24,000 bases of DNA from Microcoleaceae cyanobacterium (GTDB taxonomy: Bacteria > Cyanobacteriota > Cyanobacteriia > Cyanobacteriales > Microcoleaceae): NCBI GenBank assembly GCA_049649525.1, contig JBARZE010000006.1, positions 103,887 to 127,886 on the forward strand. The letters are read 5' to 3'. The position numbers and the translations under genes were made by a program. Under the pieces are notes generated by a model. It searched no databases. It worked only from the letters and a program-made list of their open reading frames with translations, and was not told the DNA's origin. Positions 18,050 through 24,000 of this stretch are shown piece by piece; positions within the stretch are counted from its first letter, which is position 1; each line of letters begins with the position of its first letter.

Positions 18050-18353
18050 AAGTGAAAATTCAATTGGAAAAATCGACTAGGAAGAAGAAACGATTGATTA
18101 ATTCAGTTGTCCAAATTCTTTGATGCATCCCTGTATGGCGAATTGAGGCTAATCCTTAATCCAGTATATTCTTTATTACGATCATTTGAGACATGATCCG
18201 CATCGATTGCTCGTCTACCTAAAAAATAATATACTGTTAACTAACGGCGAATACTTATTGAATAACTTCTAAAACTTTTCTGTTGAATGGGATATTGGCT
18301 CAGGAGTTTTAAGAGAACACACTTACATTTTGTATTACTATCAACTTTTACTT

Positions 18354-18382
18354 TTGTCAACTTAGCTCATGATACATAATAT
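18354..18382 (+). promoter_or_regulatory. Candidate sigma70-type promoter for the SGNH/RTX gene
   Basis: TTGTCA (18354-18359), a 17-nt spacer, then TAATAT (18377-18382). It sits in a 550-bp AT-rich divergent region where such matches are easy to find by chance. Confidence 0.2.
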
Positions 18383-18602
18383 CCGATATTATAGCGAAGT
18401 TACTGTATTTTTTGCCAATTACAAGAGACTTTACAATTGCTTTAATCAATAGTCAGGGTAAATAAAGATTCAGTAAAATTACGGTTATCTCTCAATCAAA
18501 ATGCTACAACTAAATAGAGTGAAATTTTTATAAAATCTACTACATACATTATTGAGCTGGGTGTTGTCTACGTCGAACTCACAATATTTTGGGAGAATAC
18601 GC

Positions 18603-20681
18603 ATGACAGCTTTTCACATAGAAGCAGAAACTTTTAGTTCAGATGGCGGATACGTTACAAAAAGTAGAGACTTTGCAGACGGTGGGCAACTGATTCATCT
18701 GACAGAGTTACAAGGCACGGCTACCACCAGTTTTAGCGCAACCGCCGGAACATACGATGTGATTCTGCATCACTATGATGAATCAGATGGGCAAGGAAGC
18801 GTTAAAATTACTATCGGTGGCAGCGAGCAGGTTGTTACCCTAGATCAAGACAACGCCGGTTCTCGTCTTTCAGCGAATAATAAAATTGATACTTCTTTAT
18901 TTCAAGGATTACAGATTAACCCCGGCGATAATATTGAAATTGTAGGCTTTATGAATGGGGCAGAAACAGTCGCCATTGATGGGATTGAATTTGTTCCGGT
19001 TGTTGTAGATCCAGTTGATACAATTGCCCCTACCGCTACACTGGCGGCTAATAACTTTACCACTAATCTTAATAGTGCTGATCCTTACACTTTTACTGTT
19101 ACTTTTAGTGATAACGAAGCGATTGATGTTTCGACTTTAGATACAGCGATTACAGTTCAATATCAAAACCAAGTTAATCAAACTGTTAATTTTGCAGTCG
19201 ATGATATTAATTTTGCAGTCGATGATAACAGTGATGGTTCACCTCGAGTTGCCACCTATACTTTAGATGCACCCGGAGGCAGTTGGGATACAAATGAAGC
19301 CGGAACTTATATAGTTTCTGTTGCGGGGACAGCGCTTGATACGAGTCGTAATCCTGTTGTTGCGGGGCCTCTCGGCAGTTTTGAAGTTAATGTCGAATCT
19401 GATCCGCCTACAATGGGTGAAACGGAGAGTTATGCATCTTCGACTCAACCTGTTTTAGCCCGACTCGATCAAGATTTTGCGATCCAACTAGAGTATGGTG
19501 AATCTTTTAAACTGATGCCACTCGGGGATTCTATTACTGCCGGAAAAGAAGATAATACTCAAAATGAAGCAGACAGGGAAGGATACCGTCGTTTCTTATA
19601 CGAAGATTTAACAGCGCTTGGGTTAAATGTTGATTTTGTCGGATCCAAGAGTAATGGTAGAGATGGATTTGTTGACAAGGATCACCAAGGAGATCCCGGC
19701 ATAGATATTAATGGGCTTGCCAGGAGTGTCACGAATGTAACGGATGCAGGAGAAGTCGGTACCTCGATCCAAACTAACAATCCTGATATTGTGTTGATGA
19801 TGATTGGCACCAATAGTATGGGTGGCCTCAATCCGGAAGCTGGATTAAAGTCCGCAGAGAAGCTTGATGAAAACTTAACTCGTCGGCTATTTCAGCAGCT
19901 TTCACCCGAGAGCCATTTAATTGTTTCTAGTATTCCCCCGGTTACTATTGATCGCGACGACCCGACTGACTTTCAAGAGGATACTAAGCGTACAAACGAT
20001 ATTGAAGCGTTTAATGCTGAGCTACCTGGTATTGTAGATAAATACCAAGATGACGGAAAAAATATCTCTTTCGTTGATATCCGGGCAGGAGATAATGCCA
20101 TCACGGAAGCTGATATGAGTCCACTTACAGTCGATAATGGTTTACATCCCACAGCAGGCGGCTACAGAAAGATCGCTGATTTTTATTATGACGCGGTGTT
20201 AGATGCTGTCGGAACCAGAAGCGACTTGACTAATGTTAGCAATATTGTCGGTTCGGACTTTAACGATACTATTGTGGGTAACGATAGCAATAACGAAATT
20301 CTGGGCGGGGAAGAAGATGACGAACTCACAGGCGGTGGCGGTGCCGATAAATTTATTTATACTGAACTGGCTGATGGTAGTGATATTCTGACAGATTTTA
20401 ATCCCGCAGAAGGCGATATCTTCCAGATTCAGGCTAGTGGTTTTGTCGGCAGTGGTTTAACGGCAGGGGTTGCTCTCAGTAATGGCACAGCATCTGCTAC
20501 AGGAGTGTTTGTCAGTGGCGTAAATCCTCAACCTATCGGCAATAGTGCTAACCTCCTTTACGATACCAGTACAGGTGTTCTTAGTATGGATATTGACGGG
20601 GTTGGAAATCAAAATTCTGTGATATTAGCGACTTTAGAAGGAATTCCAGCCTTGAGTGCAAATCAGTTTGAGATTGCTTAA
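18603..20681 (+). CDS. Large leaderless exported-type protein: CBM-like N-domain + Ig/cadherin-like domain + SGNH/GDSL hydrolase + RTX Ca-binding repeats
   Basis: ATG at 18603 preceded by GGGAGA. The track start at 18552 is a TTG. N-terminal FHIEAETF...GTYDVILHHYDESDG resembles a CBM6/35-style beta-sandwich. GDSL block I is LMPLGDSITAG, and block V is DNGLHPTAGGY. RTX nonapeptides are LGGEEDDEL and TGGGGADKF (about 20301-20360). There is no N-terminal signal peptide. Confidence 0.85.
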   Translation: MTAFHIEAETFSSDGGYVTKSRDFADGGQLIHLTELQGTATTSFSATAGTYDVILHHYDESDGQGSVKITIGGSEQVVTLDQDNAGSRLSANNKIDTSLFQGLQINPGDNIEIVGFMNGAETVAIDGIEFVPVVVDPVDTIAPTATLAANNFTTNLNSADPYTFTVTFSDNEAIDVSTLDTAITVQYQNQVNQTVNFAVDDINFAVDDNSDGSPRVATYTLDAPGGSWDTNEAGTYIVSVAGTALDTSRNPVVAGPLGSFEVNVESDPPTMGETESYASSTQPVLARLDQDFAIQLEYGESFKLMPLGDSITAGKEDNTQNEADREGYRRFLYEDLTALGLNVDFVGSKSNGRDGFVDKDHQGDPGIDINGLARSVTNVTDAGEVGTSIQTNNPDIVLMMIGTNSMGGLNPEAGLKSAEKLDENLTRRLFQQLSPESHLIVSSIPPVTIDRDDPTDFQEDTKRTNDIEAFNAELPGIVDKYQDDGKNISFVDIRAGDNAITEADMSPLTVDNGLHPTAGGYRKIADFYYDAVLDAVGTRSDLTNVSNIVGSDFNDTIVGNDSNNEILGGEEDDELTGGGGADKFIYTELADGSDILTDFNPAEGDIFQIQASGFVGSGLTAGVALSNGTASATGVFVSGVNPQPIGNSANLLYDTSTGVLSMDIDGVGNQNSVILATLEGIPALSANQFEIA
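19186..19227 (+). repeat. Perfect 21-bp tandem duplication inside the CDS (TTAATTTTGCAGTCGATGATA x2)
   Basis: Copy 1 at 19186-19206 and copy 2 at 19207-19227 are identical. The duplication is in frame and yields VNFAVDD-INFAVDD. Confidence 0.95.
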
Positions 20682-20683
20682 AT

Positions 20684-21704
20684 TTAGGTTAAATCAATCA
20701 TGGTTCTACCAACCATCCCACCTTTGAGAATGACTTCAATTTTTCCCTGAAGCTGTTCTAAACGAATTGAATCAGACATTGTGGCTAAATTAGCGGGCTT
20801 CCATTGTGTCCCTAATTTAGCCCAAATTTGCGATCGCGCAGCTCGGCGGGAGCCGTATCGCTTCAAGCTAGAACATTCTACAGAATCTATACCAATTAAA
20901 CTCACTCCCCGCAAAATAAACGGATAAACGCATCGAAGGGTAATTCTGCCCCGCCCACCAGTCCACAAGCGGTGACACAGCCGTTATATTGAGTCGATTT
21001 TATAACTGTTGCTAGGGTATTTCCGCCGACGGTATCAATTGCGGCTGCCATCGTTGTTTTAATAAGTTTTTACCACTATTATCATTGATTAAATCTCGAT
21101 TAATTACAGTGGTTGCCCCGAGTTGTTTCAGCCATTGATCCGAGTCTGATTTACCTGTGGCGGAGACCACAATATCACCTAATTTAGATAAAATAGAGAT
21201 TGCTAAACTACCCACACCTCCTGTTGCACCTGTGACTAAAATTTATCCTTCTTCGGGGGAAATACTCTGTTAAATTAAAGCATTAATACATAATCCGGCT
21301 GTTAGTCTAGCGGTTCCCCGGAGCATACTTTCTTCTAAAGTTAATCCGGCAGGTAAAGGAATAAGCCAAGCGGCAGAAACCCGAATATATTCCGCAAATC
21401 CGCCCCAAGTATTCATCCCTAAATCATAACCTGTGACCATCACTGGATCATCTTTTTTGTACTGAGAATTATTGCTTTCAACCACTGTCCCGGCTGCATC
21501 AATACCGGGAATATGGGGAAACTGTCTGGTAACTCCTGGATGCCCGGTCGCAGAAAGCGCATCTTTATAATTGAGAGAAGAATAAGCCACTCGAATTAAA
21601 ACATCTCCGGCGGGGAGAGTATTAAAATCTTGTTCAACAATTGCAGATTAAAATTGCTTATCGTTTGTTTGATTAACTAAAAAGGCTTTAAAAGTTGGTG
21701 TCAT
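20684..21704 (-). pseudogene. Disrupted YhdH/AcuI-type NADPH:quinone (acrylyl-CoA) oxidoreductase, MDR superfamily
   Basis: Fragments 21270-21590, 21012-21215 and 20684-20968, plus the N-terminus from the ATG at 21704, read through as one MDR protein (VAYSSLNYKDALS, PGIDAAGTV, WGGFAEY, LVTGATGGVGS, VYPFILRGVSLIGIDS). In-frame TAA codons lie at 21650-21648, 21272-21270 and 21245-21243. Frameshifts lie near 21046-21050 (TGGCA where TGGGCA is expected) and near 20923-20940. Confidence 0.85.
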
Positions 21705-21762
21705 ATTATGGCTCAGTCGTTATAAATATTTGCGGTAAAATTAACGCCTATTACTTGAAATA

Positions 21763-22689
21763 TTAGCGGTCTAAGCAAGCTTCAATTGTGGCTACAACAG
21801 ATTCTGATAAACTCGGTAAATCATAGCCGCCTTCTAATCCAAATAGAATTTTATTTGTAATGAGGAAACAATATTTTGTCAATAATCCATAGTCAGTCGG
21901 ATGTAAATTAATATTCGCTAAAGGATCATCTTTATTGGCATCATAACCCGCACTAACAATTAATAGATCGGGTTTAAAGTTTTGAAAAAAAGGAATGACA
22001 TTTTGTTCAAATAAAGACTGATATAATTCGATGTTACTTCCCGGAAAAATTGGGAGATTTAAGACATTTTCATACAGTCCTTTTTCTGAAGCATCTCCTG
22101 TGCCGGGATAACAAGGAGATTGATGCAAAGAACAGTAAGCAATTTGAGGATTAGTTTCTACAATACTTTGAGTGCCGTTGCCATGATGCACATCCCAATC
22201 TAAAATTCCAACTCGCTCAATTGCGGGTTGTTCTAAAGCATAACTCGCTGCAATTGCTGCATTAGAAAATAAACAAAATCCCATGCCGCGATCGCGTTCT
22301 GCATGATGCCCTGGAGGACGCGCTAACACAAATGCTAATTGATTTTGTTGCGTCACTAAATCTACCCCCTCAAGCCAAGCACTCACCGCTAACATTGCCA
22401 CCTCAAAGCTGCGAGGAGAAACAGGTGTATCCCCATCTAAATAACCACCATTATTGGCCGCTAAGTTCTTGATCTGACGAATATAACTGGGGGTATGAAC
22501 AATTTCAATTTGTGCAATTAACCGCTCTAAACGCTGAGAAATCGGTGGAGGCGCAAGCCATTGTATTTGAGTTGCCCATACAACTGTTTTTAACATTTCA
22601 ACAACGGCTTTTAACCGTTGCGGACGTTCGGGATGAAATGCACCTGTTTGATGATCTAAGAATTCATCAGAATAAATAATTGTTACCAT
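21763..22689 (-). CDS. Histone deacetylase / acetoin utilisation (AcuC) / acetylpolyamine amidohydrolase family protein
   Basis: Catalytic motifs RPPGHHA, DWDVHHGNGTQ, SAGYDA and LEGGY. Confidence 0.9.
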   Translation of the reverse strand: MVTIIYSDEFLDHQTGAFHPERPQRLKAVVEMLKTVVWATQIQWLAPPPISQRLERLIAQIEIVHTPSYIRQIKNLAANNGGYLDGDTPVSPRSFEVAMLAVSAWLEGVDLVTQQNQLAFVLARPPGHHAERDRGMGFCLFSNAAIAASYALEQPAIERVGILDWDVHHGNGTQSIVETNPQIAYCSLHQSPCYPGTGDASEKGLYENVLNLPIFPGSNIELYQSLFEQNVIPFFQNFKPDLLIVSAGYDANKDDPLANINLHPTDYGLLTKYCFLITNKILFGLEGGYDLPSLSESVVATIEACLDR

Positions 22690-22764
22690 GATTTGCTCCC
22701 TGTCAAGACGTGAGATAAAAAATTAATCAAACAGGCAATTAGCTGAAAATTAAATACCGTTTTA

Positions 22765-22773
22765 TGCTATAAT
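22765..22773 (+). promoter_or_regulatory. Candidate extended -10 promoter element upstream of gyrA
   Basis: TGcTATAAT is an exact TGnTATAAT consensus. It lies about 112 nt upstream of the gyrA ATG in the divergent HDAC/gyrA spacer. Confidence 0.35.
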
Positions 22774-22884
22774 TTAGAAGGAATCAAGCATTATGATTGA
22801 AATCAAACTAAAGATAACTAAATTTTATCCCAATTACTGGGTTTAAAAAAACTAAATTTGGATGTTCACGGAGCAATTTATTCT

Positions 22885-24000
22885 ATGACCACCTCACAAT
22901 CCCGCATTATTCCTACCGATCTGCGCAATGAAATGCAGCAATCTTATCTAGAGTACGCCATGAGCGTGATCGTAGGTCGGGCGTTGCCTGATGCGCGGGA
23001 TGGATTTAAACCCGTTCATCGTCGCATTCTCTACGCCATGCATGAACTGGGTTTATCACCGGACAGGCCGTTTCGTAAATGCGCCCGTGTGGTGGGAGAG
23101 GTGCTGGGTAAATACCACCCCCACGGTGATACAGCAGTTTACGATGCCCTGGTGCGGATGGCGCAAAATTTTTCGATGCGATCGCCACTGATCAACGGAC
23201 ATGGTAATTTTGGTTCGATTGACAACGATCCCCCAGCGGCAATGCGCTACACCGAGTGTCGTCTGCAAAGCCTCACCACCGATGCGATGCTCCAAGATAT
23301 CGACGCAGAAACGGTCGGTTTCGCGGATAACTTTGATGGGTCGCAACAAGAACCCGTTGTTTTACCCGCCCGCATCCCTCAACTATTGCTCAATGGTTCA
23401 TCGGGAATTGCTGTGGGAATGGCAACCAATATCCCCCCCCACAACTTAGGAGAATTGATTGATGGGTTAATTGCCTTAATTCATAATCCCGAGCTGAGTG
23501 ATACCGATCTGATGCAATATATCCCCGGCCCGGACTTTCCCACAGGAGCAAAAATCCTCGGTAAAGCAGGCATCCGCGATGCCTACACCACCGGACGGGG
23601 TTCAATCACCATGCGCGGTGTCGCAGAAGTTGAAACCATCGAACATCGGGGACGACCCGACCGTGAAGCCATTATTATCACCGAACTCCCTTACCAAGTC
23701 AACAAAGCAGCGATGATTGAAAGAATCGCTGAAATGGTAAACGATAAACGCATCGAAGGGATCTCGGATATCCGGGATGAAAGCGATCGCAACGGGATGC
23801 GAATTGTGGTGGAATTACGCCGAGATGCCTATCCCCGCGTTGTTCTCAATAACCTCTACAAACAAACGCCGCTGCAAAGCAATTTCGGCGCAAATATGCT
23901 AGCGCTGGTTCATAGTAGACCGGAGCTATTAACCCTAAAACAGTTCCTTGATGTTTTCCTCGAATTCCGGGTTGAAACCATTCGCCGCCGTACCGAATAT
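22885..24000 (+). CDS. gyrA: DNA gyrase subunit A, 5' partial (372 codons, continues beyond the window)
   Basis: My own translation from the ATG at 22885 (GGAG at 22870-22873) is open to the window end. It reads [52 protein letters not shown], the active-site AAMRYTE, and [22 protein letters not shown]. It is absent from the ORF track only because no stop is reached. Confidence 0.97.
   Translation, partial: MTTSQSRIIPTDLRNEMQQSYLEYAMSVIVGRALPDARDGFKPVHRRILYAMHELGLSPDRPFRKCARVVGEVLGKYHPHGDTAVYDALVRMAQNFSMRSPLINGHGNFGSIDNDPPAAMRYTECRLQSLTTDAMLQDIDAETVGFADNFDGSQQEPVVLPARIPQLLLNGSSGIAVGMATNIPPHNLGELIDGLIALIHNPELSDTDLMQYIPGPDFPTGAKILGKAGIRDAYTTGRGSITMRGVAEVETIEHRGRPDREAIIITELPYQVNKAAMIERIAEMVNDKRIEGISDIRDESDRNGMRIVVELRRDAYPRVVLNNLYKQTPLQSNFGANMLALVHSRPELLTLKQFLDVFLEFRVETIRRRTEY

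Noticed and set aside
22793-22846. 17-codon ORF ([17 protein letters not shown]) in the gyrA 5' leader
   Set aside because: It has no convincing RBS, the region is AT-rich so short ORFs arise easily, and I know of no leader-peptide control for gyrA.
23120-23150. GyrA QRDR reads [11 protein letters not shown], with Thr at the position equivalent to E. coli Ser83
   Set aside because: Thr at this position is a common wild-type state in many bacteria, so it cannot be read as a quinolone-resistance mutation without lineage comparison.
22991-23605. Five track ORFs (22991-23191+, 23006-23188-, 23056-23349-, 23201-23449+, 23390-23605-) in the right-hand kilobase
   Set aside because: All lie inside, out of frame with, or antisense to the clearly recognisable gyrA reading frame that starts at 22885. 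They are shadow ORFs.
1-24000. Search for tRNA, rRNA, tmRNA, group II intron, retron or DGR signatures
   Set aside because: I found no T-loop (GGTTCGAATCC-like) context outside coding sequence, no rRNA-like conserved blocks, and no reverse-transcriptase ORF. None are reported.

Overview
The window looks like a cyanobacterial chromosome segment. The HIP1 palindrome GCGATCGC occurs at least 10 times, and a CpcS-type bilin lyase gene is present. Most of it is ordinary housekeeping or transport DNA. Recognisable genes are cpcS, a TetR regulator divergent from a Rieske non-heme-iron oxygenase, homoserine dehydrogenase, an HI0933-type flavoprotein, a four-gene sugar-type ABC importer, a GT2 plus GT39/ArnT-like glycosyltransferase pair, a histone-deacetylase-family protein, and the 5' 1116 nt of gyrA, which is missing from the ORF track because it runs off the window. 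The accessory or unusual content is as follows. A solo TnpB (IS200/IS605-IS607 OrfB) with intact RuvC and zinc-finger motifs, no TnpA and a TTG start sits between hom and the flavoprotein gene. The TetR regulator ends in a transposase-like CxxC...CxxC zinc ribbon. A large leaderless CBM-like/Ig-like/SGNH/RTX protein is divergent from the glycosyltransferase pair and carries a perfect 21-bp in-frame tandem duplication. A YhdH/AcuI-type oxidoreductase pseudogene carries three in-frame TAA codons and two frameshifts. An 861-bp poorly coding gap upstream of hom contains a compact hairpin element, and an octamer repeat array lies at the left edge. I found no tRNA, rRNA or CRISPR array, and no clear multi-gene defence or other novel system. 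The most system-like candidates are the TetR-zinc-ribbon/Rieske pair and the GT2 + GT-C + secreted SGNH-RTX neighbourhood, and both are inferences. All family assignments come from motif recognition by eye, not from database searches.
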